A stretch of 64,000 nt of DNA, from assembly GCA_028826165.1 (NCBI GenBank), contig JAPDFW010000022.1, forward strand, positions 248,001 through 312,000, read 5' to 3'. Position numbers and translations under genes: made by a program. This document shows, in pieces, positions 25,177 through 39,000 of this stretch. Under the pieces are notes generated by a model. The model was not told the origin of the DNA, searched no databases, and was given only the letters and a program-made list of their open reading frames with translations. The DNA comes from Anaeramoeba ignava BMAN (Eukaryota > Protista > Anaeramoebae). Each line of letters starts with the position of its first letter. Positions within the stretch are counted from its first letter, which is position 1.

Positions 25177-27149
25177 TTAATTCTGATTTGAACGATAAAA
25201 AGCTTTTGGGAAAAAAAATGAACTAAAACCACCACTATTATCTTGTTGATCGTCTTCCATTTGTTGTTGTTGTTGTTGTTGTTCTTTTTTTAATTGTTCA
25301 TATCTTTTTTCTTGTTCTTTTAATTGTTCTAATTTTTTCTTATCAGATTCAAGAATCTGATTATGAAGATTTATTCCTGATTCACGAAGATAAGATGAAA
25401 TAAGATCAACCATTTCTTGTGGTTCATAATCTGCTGAAAATGGAAATTTTTTAAGATCTGTTATGAAAGTTGTTCCTTGTGTTCGAAAATATGAAACACT
25501 TTGGATTTGAATAAATGGTTTATCAAAAGGAAATGATGATGGAAGTTCAACTGAATTTTAATTTTAATTTTGATTTTAATTTTAATTTTGATTTTGATTT
25601 TAATTTTAATTTTAATTTTAATTTTAATTTTAATTTTAATTTTGATTTTAATTTTAATTTTAATTTTAATTTTAATTTTGATTTTGATTTTGATTTTAAT
25701 TTTAATTTTAATTTTAATTTTAATTTTAATTTTAATTTTAATTTTAATTTTAATTTTGATTTTGATTTTGATTTTAATTTTAATTTTAATTTTAATTTTA
25801 ATTTTAATTTTAATTTTAATTTTAATTTTAATTTTATAAATGAATTTCATTTTATAAATTAATTTTATAAATGAATTTTATAAATGGAAATAAATAATTA
25901 CTATATATTATTATTGGTGTCTTCTTTTTAACTAGTAATAAAAACCCAATCTTGAAAAATTGATTTGAATCATATTCAATCGGACTAAATAATATAAATT
26001 TGATTTTTAATTAGTTTTTTTTTATAATAATAATAATAATGATAGTAATAATAATAAATCACATTCCAAATTGTTTGACAAATAAATCAAGAACAACTCT
26101 TCTAAATTCTTTTGAATTCGACATGATTTTATTTTTAAAAGTAGCTTTTTCAATAAAATTAGCAACATATTCAGCAATACAAGTTTCCTCAGTCCATTTT
26201 GGCAAATTTTGGTTCATCATTTGATTGTTCTTTTTATCATAAACACGAATCTCAGGAAGAGCAAAAGGTTCTCTAAAAGAAAACAAGATACTATTTCCAT
26301 CAAAAAACTCATTGACAATTTTCAACTTAAAAATGGCTTGTTTTGATTCACTATCAAAAAAATACTCGACTTCCTGATTGTTTTCAAAAGTTTCATACTC
26401 AAATTTCAATCGAGGAGGAAGTTTGCCAAAGAATTTTTTTTGTCCGATTTTCCAAAGCGATAAAATTTCTTGAAGTAAATTTAATAAACATTCTGGATTT
26501 TCTGATTTCCAACTTTGATAACTCGTGATTTTACTAAAATCAATAATCATTTCTTGATTAATAGGCAATATCACATCAGGCGCTTCCAGAACGTTATTCC
26601 CGTTAAATAAAACTTCCCCTGATTTGCAATAATTCATCGGAATTAATAAAAAAATTAAATTAATAAAAAAATTAAATTAAAATTCAATTTAAATTTTTAA
26701 AAAAAAGAAAAACGAAAAAAATTTTTTTTTGCTTGTTTAAATGCTTCAAAAATACATGAGAAATTCGAAAAGCAATAGAGCACATCAATTGTAAAACGAG
26801 TTGCAAAGGGACTTTTATGGGAAGCCTTCCGGAAATTTTTGGGGATAAATTGAACTGTTTCACTTTGTAAATTGAATTGGGAAATTTTTTGGATCATCGG
26901 AATAAGCATTGTAGGCTCAAGAACTCGTTGACTTACACAGTTTTCCAGTGAGCTTAGATGCTGGTTAAATAATGTGCTGTTGGGATGAAGATGCAATTCG
27001 TTTATTTGGTTTTTTTCAACCGAAATTTCTTTTTCATTTATTTTTTCATTTGTTTTTTCTTTTTTCTTTTTCTTTTTCATTTTCTTTTTGATTTTTTTTA
27101 TCATTTTTGCTTTTGTTTTTGTTTTTGTTTTTGTTTTTGTTTTTATCAT
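25177..27149 (-). CDS. BABAM2: BRE/BRCC45 (BRCA1-A/BRISC subunit) homolog, 4 exons; start codon uncertain
   Basis: Spliced RFTIDVLY...SWEVLFN....APDVI, SWKSENPECLLNLLQE, RLKFEYET, FGIPIEYDS, IELPSSFPFDKP..QIQSV, FPFS..YEPQEM match BRE; introns 26619-26755, ~25985-26063, ~25551-25901. Confidence 0.85.
25555..25880. repeat. Intronic (AATTTT/GATTTT)n microsatellite
   Basis: Fills the last BRE intron. Confidence 0.9.
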
Positions 27150-27416
27150 CTTTGCTTTTTTCTTGGTTTTTTTTAAAAAGATTTTTAAACTTTTTCATTT
27201 TGAAAGAAATAAAATTAAAAAAATAAAAAAATGAAATTTTTAATTTTGATTTTTTTTGATCCACTTTTTCGTTGTTTTAAAAAATAAAAATAAAAAAGGT
27301 TTTTTTTTAAAGAATTAATTTATTTTTTTCTTTTTCATTCAATTAAATGCTTATAAAAAAAAAGAAAAAAAAAAAAAGAAAAAGAAAAAAGAAAAAGAAA
27401 AAGCAAACAATTAATC

Positions 27417-30400
27417 TTATTTATAAAATTCATTCTCAAATAAAAAATTCTCGTTTCCTTCTGTTAATTGAGTTGACAGAATTCTTATATTTTTCAAAGA
27501 AGGAATAAAACCGTCTTTGAGCTCGATTCGTTCGTAAATCTTCTTCTCAAGATGCTGTGGAGACTGAGCGAGACAGATGAATTTTGAGGATTTGACACGA
27601 AGTTTGCCGTTTGAATTCTGGAGATAATAGCATATACTTGAATAAAGAGAAAGAGAAGATTTTTTTTTTTCATTTTTGGGAATCATGCGATTTTGGACTG
27701 GGGAAATTTCACTTTGGACATGAGAAAGTTGTAATTTTGTTGGTTTGGGTGAATCTTTGGGGATATAGAGCTCTTTTTTTATTAATGGATAAGAGGATTT
27801 TTTGGAAATGGTTTTGGGGGATTTCCCAGTAAGAAAATCGAGCGGCGACATTCCTTGATCAGGTTCTTCTGATTTTGACACAAATGGAGTTGTATTGAGG
27901 AAGCTGTAGGAGGTGTTGAGGTTGACCTTCTTGACGGAGCTCATTGTTCTTTGATGGAACGGCGAGCGCCAGTCAACAGACTTGTTCCCCATATCGACAC
28001 GGGTCTGCTCCACTTTGTCATCGATAAAATCGAAATAAAATTGAATTGAACGCGAAATGGCGGATTTGAGTTGCTCTCTTAAAGAGCTGCAATCGAGCGT
28101 GCTTTCTGTAACAAAGGCATATGTGCCTGTTGGTGTTGTGATCTGGAAGCTCTTGAACTCCGGATCGGGGAGGCCTAGAACATACTTGCTCACGAATATG
28201 GAGACGATCGGGAAGCAGTGTTCAAGTTCGTAGTTGTCGGTTTTTTTTTGTTTGCAAATAAGAAGAAGATCATTGAAGAGAAACAAGTAGCGTTGACCCA
28301 CGTTGTAGCCGTGAGTCTCGCGTTTTTTGGGGATGGGTGTGTTGAGCCATTCGAGTTCGTTCTGGGCATCTGCGTCGAGATGGAAGTCGAAATTTTGACG
28401 GTTGATTTTTTTCATTGAGCGAATTGCCGGAAAGTGGAACGGATTGACAGTCGGTTCCATTAAAAGAAAATCGTTTGTATTCCGCGATTTGGGTTTTTTG
28501 GATTTTTTCTTGGTTTGTTTGCGGTGCATGCTGCGATTAGGTTTGAGGGTCATTGACTTTGGGGTTGCGAAGGAGCGTGTGCGCTCTCTGTTTTTCTTCA
28601 TGAGCTCTTCTGGCTCGATATCCACAATCTCCAAATAGTTGATTTTGCCTCGATGGAGAAGAACGCGCTGCTTGGATTTGGAGAGCGCAAGAGGCAGACC
28701 CGAAATCTGCTTCTCCAGTTCGCCTAGTTGTATCAATTGCTCCTCCATCCGCTTCTGTTCGTTGATGTCATTTGCGGATGTTGTATATATTCTCAGAGCC
28801 TCTGTCACAAGCGGGTAATCTGGGTGGTTCTGCGGAGTGCGCTTGACCACCTCTTTCAGAAGAAGGGGATACTGCCCAAGTCGTTGTACCGGCTTGATCA
28901 ATATTGTGTTGAGATCGAGCTTGCGCAGCTCGGGATCTTTCCCAAGATCCTTCAGATGTTTCACAAAGGCCTGATTTGTGGACTCAAGCTCCTTGATTTT
29001 TGCTCGAGAATTCTCGAAATTTGTGTTGTAATCTCTGTATTGGTAAAGCGACTCTGAGTGCTTTGTGATGATATCTCCGATTTTCTCGTGACGGTTCCAG
29101 TGCTTGGTTCTTTGCTCGAGATTTTCGAGGAAGGATGTGTGAGATTTCCAGATATCGCTAATGTTCATGAAAACCGTTTTGGCTTCCGTTTTAGAAAGCA
29201 CTTTTTTATCAACGGCTGACTTGGCAAATCTTGTCACAAGCAATCCAATTATATTTACGTAATTCCTCTCTGTTTGCACAATTTCAAACACTGCATATGT
29301 TCGTTTGAATTCTGCAGTAAGCATCCCTGCGCATTCGCTGTGCTTGTTGTTCTCTGCAAGAAGATGCGGGAAATCCGGTGCTTTGGAGTAATTCACAAGA
29401 TCCACACCGTAGTCCAGCAAAAGATTGCACGCTTCCAAATTGCCTTCCTCCGCTGCTATCTGAATCGCGTTTTTTCCTGTCGCGTTCTTCTTGTTCACAT
29501 CGCGCACTCGTTGCAGTATTTCTGGGAGAAGACTGTTCATTTTGTTCTTGATTCCTAGATGGAGTGCATTCTCGCCGCAAATCCCAATAATGTCCGCTAG
29601 AAATCCTTGCTCAAGAAGATCCTTCGCGGCATCAATCTGGTTCGCTTGCAAAAACTCCACAAGTGGACATTCCACACCTCGACTCACAAGCATCTCAGCA
29701 ATTTCAAGATGCCCGTTTTTGCCTGCAAACAAAATTCCCATTTTTCCCGAATTGCCTGTCAAATCAAGTACTTTTTCGTAGTTGTCAAGTAGAATCTGCA
29801 CAAAATCACGGGATCCTTTTTGGCAAGCAATTTCGAAGGGTGTGAGGTTTTCTTTGTTGCGGATTGCCAAGTCCATCTCCGTCTTTGCAAGCGCTTGCGC
29901 CGTCTCCTTTATATTATCCATTGCAACAATATGGGCAGCAGTGTTGCCTTCGTTATTCTGAGCGTTGACAAAGCGCGGGTCACTTGCAAGAGCAGCCAGC
30001 ATTTCGGTCTTTCTCGTTATAGCCACTCTGTGGATGGCCAAGTTCCCCATTGAATCTTTCTCGTTTAGATATTTTTGCACTTGCGGGTTTTCAGACCCCA
30101 TAAACAAAATCATCATTTCCGCCGATCGTGATTTTTCAACTACAAATTCCACTATGTTTTTGCCGTCAACTTCGTTGCTAATATCCGCTTGGTTTTCAAG
30201 CAGCATCTTTACAAGAGATGCGTTTGAATTCATGATTGCATAGTGGATTGGGCGGAATCCCTTTTTGTTTTCAATGTTGATGTTGATCCCCATTTTGAAC
30301 AGGAACTCAACAATTTCCATGTTGTTTTTTTTCACCGCCAAAAGAAACGGTGTTTGGTTCTTTATATCCGGTTCGTCGATCCGCAGATCCATCAATTTGG

Positions 30401-33400
30401 ACATCGTCACAATCTTCTTTGCGATTCCCACTCGGCTTTTTTTACAGCTCAAATGGAGAATTGTCTGCTGTTGATTTGTCAATATTGTCAAATTGGCTCC
30501 TTGATCAAGCATTTTCTCAAATAATCCTTCAGATCCTGAAAGGCAGGCAAGATGGAACGGTGTGTATCCTTTTATATTCTTTGTGTCCAAATTTGCTCCC
30601 TTTTCCGTTAAATAATCTGCTGTTTCTAAATGCCCATAAATTAATGCCAAGTGAATCGCTGTGTTTTTTTCTGTGTCACATTTTTCCAGTGATGCTCCGT
30701 GTTGGATTAGCATCCGCATGGTGTTTTTATTGTCGTTCCGTATCGCCAGTAATAGTGGTGTGAAATTTTCCCGATCTTCTTTGTCTATTTGTGATCCTGA
30801 GTTTATAAGAAGTTCTGTGATTTCATCGAATCCATTCATTGCTATAAATAATTTTACATTTTATAAATAATTTTATATTTAATTTTATATTTAATTTTAT
30901 ATTTAATTTTATAAATAATTTTATATATAATTTTATAAATAATTTTATAAATAATTTTATAAATAATTTTATAAATAATTTTATAAATAATTTTATAAAT
31001 AATTTAATAATAATTTTATATATAATTTTATAAATAATTTAATAATAATTTTATAAATAATTTTATAAATAATTTAATAATAATTTTATAAATAATTTTA
31101 TAAATAATTTTTATAAATAATTTTTATATTTAATTTAATAAATAATTTTATATATAATTTTATAAATAATTTAATAATAATTTTATAAATAATTTTTAAA
31201 ATAATTTTTAAATAATTTTTAAATAATTTTATATTTAATTTTATAAATAATTTTATAAATAATTTTATAAATAATTTTATAAATAATTTTATAAATAATT
31301 TTATATATAATTTTATATTTAATTTTATAAATAATTTTATAAATAATTTTATAAATAATTTTATAAATAATTTTATAAATAATTTTATTAATAATTTTAT
31401 ATTTAATTTTATAAATAATTTTATAAATAATTTTATAAATAATTTTATAATTAATTTTATAATTAATTTTATAAATAATTTTATAAATAATTTTTTATAT
31501 ATATTTAATTTTATAATTAATTTTATAAATAATTTTATAAATAATTTTATAAATAATTTTATAAATAATTTTATAAATAATTTTATAAATAATTTTATAT
31601 TTAATTTTATATTTAATTTTATATTTAATTTTATAAATAATTTTATAAATAATTTTTATATATAATTTTATAAATAATTTTATAAATAATTTAATAATAA
31701 TTTTATAAATAATTTTATAAATAATTTTATAAATAATTTTATAAATAATTTTTATTAATTTTATAAATGATTTTATAAATAATTTTTATATAATTTTATA
31801 ATTAATTTTATAAATAATTTTATAATTAATTTTATAATTAATTTTATAAATAATTTTATGTTTAATTTTATAAATAATTTTTATATTTAATTTTATAAAT
31901 AATTTTATATTTAATTTTATAAATAATTTTATAAATAATTTTATAATTAATTTTATAATTAATTTTATAAATAATTTTATATATAATTTTATAAATAATT
32001 TTATAATTAATTTTATAAATAATTTTATAATTAATTTTATTAATAATTTTATAATTAATTTAATAAATAATTTTATATTTAATTTTATAATTAATTTTAT
32101 AATTAATTTTATAAATAATTTTATAAATAATTTTATATATGATTTTATAAATAAGCTCCTTCCATCTAAATTTGGTTCTTTTACCTGCCCAATGAATAGG
32201 TTGCCTACAAGAATAATCAATCGCTTTTTTTTTTCAAAAATAATAAAAAAGTGAATAAGAAAAAAGAACTGAAAAGAATTGAAATCAAAAATACCATTCA
32301 CTGAAGAAGGAAATTTTGCAATATAATTTTTTAAAGCTGTAAAATTATTAGTCTTAGTATAATCATGAACAACACTCCTTGCTCCTTTAGAAGATAGCAA
32401 TCTCACAACTTCTTCATGACCATAAATTTGCGCAATTTGCAAAGGAGTCAAACCTGCGCTATTTGGAGAATCAATCGCAACTTTATGTTGAAGAACCAAT
32501 TCAACGGATTTAATATTTCCTGATTCTGCAGCATAATGAAGCACTGATTGCTCATCTGAAGAGAGGTCTTCAAATGAAAATGATTTTTGAGAAAAAACCT
32601 CAAGAATATCAAAATGTGATTTTTGTGCTGCAATATGAATAGGCATCATTCCATCATTATTTTTTGTGTTTAATTTAAATTCTGTTTTCTCAATTATCAT
32701 TGATGCTTCTTCTGTTCGATTCGTTAATGCGCATAAATGGAGTATGTTATTGCGTTGTAAATCAATAGAATATAAATCTACCTTTTCATTTGCAATAAGA
32801 TATTTAAAGCATTCTATTCTTCCAAGTTTCACAGAGAAATGAATTGGTGCACTAATTTATTTTACAATTCATTTAATAAATAATTTAATAAATAATTTTA
32901 TAAATAATTTTATAAATAATTTTATAAATAATTTTATAAATAATTTTATAAATAATTTTATAAATAATTTTATAAATAATTTAATAAATAATTTAATAAA
33001 TAATTTTATAAATAATTTAATAAATAATTTTATAAATAATTTTATAATTAATTTTATAAATAATTTTATAAATAATTTTATAAATAATTTTATATAAATT
33101 CCAAAAATTTTCCAAAAAATTCCAAATAATTTGGATATTTAATTTTTATAAATAATTTAATAAATAATTTAATTTTATAAATAATTTTATATATAAATTC
33201 CAAAAATTTTCCAAAAATTTTATAAATAATTTGATATTTAATTTTATAAATTAATTTAATAAATAATAAATTAATAAATAATTTTATAAATAATTTTTTT
33301 ATATTTAATTTAATATATAATTTTATAAATAATTTAATATATAATTTTATAAATAATTTAATAAATAATTTTATAAATAATTTTATTAATAATTTTAATA

Positions 33401-35232
33401 AATAATTTAATAAATAATTTTATAAATAATTTTATAAATAATTTAATAAATAATTTTATAAATAATTTTATAAATAATTTTATTTAATTTAATAAATAAT
33501 TTTATAAATAATTTTATAAATAATTTTATAAATAATTTTATATAATTTTATAAATAATTTTATTAATAATTTTATAAATAATTTTATAAATAATTTTATA
33601 AATAATTTTATATTTAATTTAATAAATAATTTTATAAATAATTTTATTAATAATTTTTTATAAATAATTTTATAATTAATTTTATAAATAATTTTTTATT
33701 TTATAATTAATTTAATTTTATAAATAATTTAATAATTTTATAAATAATTTTATAATTAAATTAATTTTATAAATAATTTAATAAATAATTTTTATAAATA
33801 ATTTTATAAATAATTTTATAAATAATTTTATAAATAATTTTAATAAATAATTTTATATTTAATTTTATAATAATTTTATAAATAATTTTATAATTAATTT
33901 TATAAATAATTCCAAAAATTTTCCAAAAATTCCAAATAATTTGATATTTAATTTTATAATTTTATAAATAATTTTATAAATAATTTATATATAATTTTTA
34001 TAAATAATTTTATAAATAATTTTATAATTAATTTTATAAATAATTTTATAAATAATTTTATAAATAATTTTATAAATAATTTTATAAATAATTTATAAAT
34101 AATTTTATAAATAATTTTATATTTAATTTAATAAATAATTTTATATAAATAATTTAATTTTTTATATTTAATTTTATATTTAATTTTTATAAATAATTTT
34201 ATATATAATTTTATAAATAATTTTATAAATAATTTTATAAATAATTTTATATATAATTTTATAAATAATTTTATAAATAATTTTATATTTAATTTAATAA
34301 ATAATTTTATAAATAATTTTATAAATAATTTTATAAATAATTTTATAAATAATTTATAAATAATTTATAATTAATTTAATAAATAATTTTATATTTAATT
34401 TTATATTTAATTTTATATTTAATTTTATAAATAATTTTATAAATAATTTTATAAATAATTTTATAAATAATTTTATAAATAATTTTATAAATAATTTTAT
34501 TAATATAATTTTATAAATAATTTTATAAATAATTTTATAAATAATTTTATAAATAATTTTATAAATAATTTTATAAATAATTTTATAAATAATTTTATAA
34601 ATAATTTTATAATTTTATAAATAATTTTATAAATAATTTTATAAATAATTTTATAAATAATTTTATTAATAATTTAATAAATAATTTTATAAATAATTTA
34701 ATAAATAATTTTATAAATAATTTTATAAATAATTTTAATAAATAATTTTATAAATAATTTTATAAATAATTTTATAAATAATTTTATAAATAATTTTATA
34801 AATAATTTTCTTAATTGAAAATTTGTTTTCCATTTCCATTCTCATTTCCATTCCTTTTGTTCTTGTTGAAAAAAAATATAAAAAATAAAAAAGAAATGAA
34901 GAAATTTACAATTTATGAGCTGATTCAGAATTCGGATCAGCACCAGATTCTAAAAGAAGTTTTAAAATTTCTGGTTGATTTTTTTCTATAACAAGATGAA
35001 TTGGATAAAAACCAGTTGCTTTTGATTTTAACTCAGTTTCTATTCCATTATTAAGTAATAATTTAACGACCTCAATACGATTATGTTCAATTGCTACAAA
35101 TAATGCATTTTGGTTCAATTGATTTTTGCCTTTCCATAATTGATTATCTTTTTTTTCTAACATTTGTTTTAAAACATCAATTTTTCCTGCTCTACAAAGT
35201 TGAAAAACTGTCTCAAGATAATCTGAACTCAT
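27417..35232 (-). CDS. Ankyrin-repeat Dbl-family RhoGEF (Ank-DH-PH), 4 exons
   Basis: Many ankyrin motifs (TPLL.A, TAIHLA, TPFHLA); DH signature EIVQTERNYV...LIKPVQRLGQYPLLLKE..KRTP..HPD; PH RYLFLFNDLLLICK. Exons 34910-35232, 32295-32851, 32185-32223, 27417-30841 join in frame. Confidence 0.92.
30860..32150. repeat. Intronic 12-bp tandem repeat (TAATTTTATAAA)n
   Basis: Fills intron 3 of the Ank-RhoGEF gene. Confidence 0.92.
32870..34808. repeat. Intronic 12-bp tandem repeat (TAATTTTATAAA)n with TTCCAAAAA interruptions
   Basis: Fills intron 1 of the same gene; same unit as 30860-32150. Confidence 0.92.
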
Positions 35233-35399
35233 TGATTAAAAATTTATTTAGATAGACTCGTTTTGTTTTTGTTGTTTTTGTTTTATTTTGGGGTTATTTT
35301 ATGGAAAAAAAAATGATAATTTATTTCTTTATTAATTTTTTATTTTTTTTTATTGTTTATTCATTTTTTGTTAAAATTACGTAATTTATTTTTTTTTTT

Positions 35400-35920
35400 A
35401 ATTTAAATTTCATTCCACATTTTTTAGTTTAATTTTTAATCTAAATTTAATTTAATTTAGTTTAATTTTGTTGTTTGATTTAATTTCATTCAATTTTGTT
35501 GTTTGGTTTTTTAAATTTATTCCATTTTGTTGTTTAATTTCATTTCATTTCATTTCATTTCATTTAATTTTGTTGTTTAATTTAATTTAATTCCACATTT
35601 TTTAATTTAATTTTGTTGTTTAATTTAATTTAATTTCATTCCACATTTTGTTGTTTAATTTTTAATCTAAATTTATTTTAATTTCATTTAATTTTGTTGT
35701 TTAGTTAAATTTTAATCTAAATTTATTTATTCCATTTTGTTTTTTAGTTTAATTTCATTCCACATTTTTTAATCTAAATTTATTTTAGTTTAATTTAAAT
35801 TTATTTATTCCATTTTGTTTTTTAATTTAATTCCATTCCACATTTTTTAATCTAAATTTATTTTAATTTTTAATCTAAATTTAAATTTTAATTTAATTTT
35901 GTTGTTTGGTTTTTTAAATT
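35400..35920. repeat. Degenerate intergenic repeat mosaic (TTCCACATTTT / TTTTGTTGTTT / AATCTAAATTT blocks)
   Basis: Shuffled recurring blocks visible directly. Confidence 0.7.
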
Positions 35921-36031
35921 TTTATTTTTTTAAAAAAGAATATCAAAAAAAAAGTAAATTTTTTTTCTCCAAACAATCCAAAATAAAAAATTAAAAAATC
36001 ATTAAGAAAAGAAATAGAAAGTGAAAAATTA

Positions 36032-39000
36032 TTATTTTTCATTTTGATCAACATGTTCAAATGGACAATCAGGATTTGGACAACTTCTTGATTGAGAATA
36101 AGTTGGGCATACTAAAAAACAAATAAATAATTTTTGAATAAATTTGTAAATAAATTTGTAAATAAATTTTTATATAAATTTTTATCCGATTTTTAAATAA
36201 ATTTGTAAATAAATTTGTAAATAAATTTGTAAATAAATTTGTAAATAGATTTGTAAATAAATTTGTATATAAATTTGTAAATAAATTTGTAAATAAATTT
36301 GTAATTAAATTTGTAAATAAATTTTTATATAAATTTTAAATTAAATTTTTATCCGATTTTTATATAAATTTGTAAATAAATTTTGAAATAAATTTGTAAA
36401 TAAATTTGTAAATAAATTTTTATCCGATTTTAAAATAAATTTTTATCCGATTTTTATATAAATTTTGAAATAAATTTGTAAATAAATTTGTAATTAAATT
36501 TTTAAATAAATTTTACATTGTTTGATTTTTGATGGTCGTGTATCTCTATATAAAGAATGATATTTTTTTGATTGTAATTTATTTGGATCTCCATTATAAG
36601 TAGAATGAGCTTTTTGTAGATCACCTCTGGTTGGATTAGGATGACGAAATTCACAACGAGAATAACGATTACATCTATTCAAATAAGGACATATACATTG
36701 ATCAAGTGGATGAAGATTTTCAAGTGAGGATCTGTTTTTCCAATGATCCCATAGATGACACCAATTGGTATTTGGATCTTCCCAATAAGGACATCTACCT
36801 TGTGAATTTATTGGTATAATGAAGCGAATTCCCACAAGTGTAATTTTTGATTGATTACCTTCGTTATCTGAATCTGAATTTGATTTTGATTTTGGATCTG
36901 AATCTGAATCTGAATCTGAATCTGAATCTGAATTTGAATTTTTTACTTTTTTCTTTTTATTTTTATTTTGATTTTGATTTTGAATTTGATTTTGAATTTG
37001 ATTTCGATTTTGATTTTGAATTTGATTTCGATTTTGATTTTGATTTTTATATTGGTTTTGGTTTTGATTTTGAATTTGATTCTGATTTTGATTCTGATAC
37101 TGATTTTGATACTGATTTTGATACTGATTTTGATTTGGATTTTGATTCTAAATTTTAAAGTTATTTTTGAATTTAATTTAATTTTGAATTTAGAATTTGA
37201 TTTTACATTTTGTGGTGGGATTTGTTGTGGTGGGATTTGTTGTGGTGGTAGAATTTGTTGTGGTGGTCGCATTTGTTGTTGCCATTTATCACGATATTTT
37301 TGAAGATCTTGATTGACTGAGTTTTGTTTGTTTTGAGCTTCATTGAAAGAAATACTACTTGCATGATTTATTAAAGAATCTGAAAATAGTGGATGCCCAG
37401 AAAACAATGGTTTTGAACAATGATCACATTTAGAATCCATTCCAAATGAAAATGCGTTTTCTTGAGCACATTTAAAGCAATATACTGTCTTGCAATTATT
37501 ACAATTAAAAATAAGATGTGCGGGAGTAGGGTTTTTGCAACGAAAGCATTTTAAATAAATTGTGGATGCTCTTTCAAACTAAATTTAATTGAAGAAATAA
37601 TAAAAATAATAATAAAAATATTATTAATAAAATATTATTAATAAAATATTATAAATAAAATATTATAAATAAAATAATATAAATAAAATATTATAAATAA
37701 AATATTATAAATAAAATATTATAAATAAAATATTATAAATAAAATATTATAAATAAAATATTATAAATAAAATATTATAAATAAAATATTATAAATAAAA
37801 ATATTATAAAAATATCCAAAATATATTAAAAAAAATAATATATAAATAAAATATTAAAAATATCCAAAAAATAAAATATTATAAATAAAATATTATAAAT
37901 AAAATATTATAAATAAAAATATTATAAATAAATAAAATATTATAAATAAATAAAATATAAATAAAATATTATAAATAAAATATTATAAATAAAAATATTA
38001 ATAAAATATTATAAATAAAATATTATAAATAAAAATATTATTAATAAAATATTATAAAATAAAATATTATAAATAAAATATTATAAACAAAATATTATAA
38101 AATAAAATAATATAAATAAAATATTATAAATAAAATATAAATAAAATATCCAAAATATTATAAATATTATAAATAAAAATATCCAAAATAAAATATTATA
38201 AATAAAATATTATAAATAAATATTACAAATAAAAATATTATAAATAAATATTATAAATAAAATATTAAATATTCAAAATATCCAAAAATATCCAAATTAT
38301 TATAAATAAAATATCCAAAAATATCCAAAATATTATAAATAAAATATCCAAAATATCCAAAATATCCAAAAATATTAAATATTCAAAATATCCAAAATAT
38401 CCAAAATATCCAAAATAATATAAATAAAAATAATATAAATAAAATATTATAAATAAAATATCCAAAAATATCCAAAATATCCAAAATATTATAAATATTA
38501 TAAATAAAATATTATAAATAAAATATTATAAATAAAATATTATAAATAAAATATTATAAATAAAATATTATAAATAAAATATTATAAATAAAATATTATA
38601 AATAAAATATCCAAAATATTATAAATAAATATTATAAATAAATATTATAAATAAAATATTAAATATTCAAAATATTATAAATATTATAAATATTATAAAT
38701 ATTATAAATATTATAAATAAAATATTATAATATTACTCCAAGTCCAGGACTAGAATAAACAAAACTAGGATTTTTTAAATAAAACCAAAAATAGCGAAAC
38801 TTAGGTTGTTCAATAAATCCATAGTGTAAAATATCAAGATTCCTTTTAAATCGTTCTAAATTTTGATTAGAATCCTAAAAATCAAAAAAAAAAAAAGAAA
38901 AGAAATGGATCTTAAAATTTTATTTTGATTACAAATTGAATAAATAATATTTACACCAGTCCATCGAAATAAATGAAGTCTTTGTGGAATTTGTTGCATT

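Noticed and set aside
27611-30870. Many antisense ORFs and higher GC suggesting a horizontally acquired island or overlapping genes
   Set aside because: The region is one exon of a typical eukaryotic Ank-DH-PH gene; antisense ORFs follow from higher GC and show no recognisable motifs.
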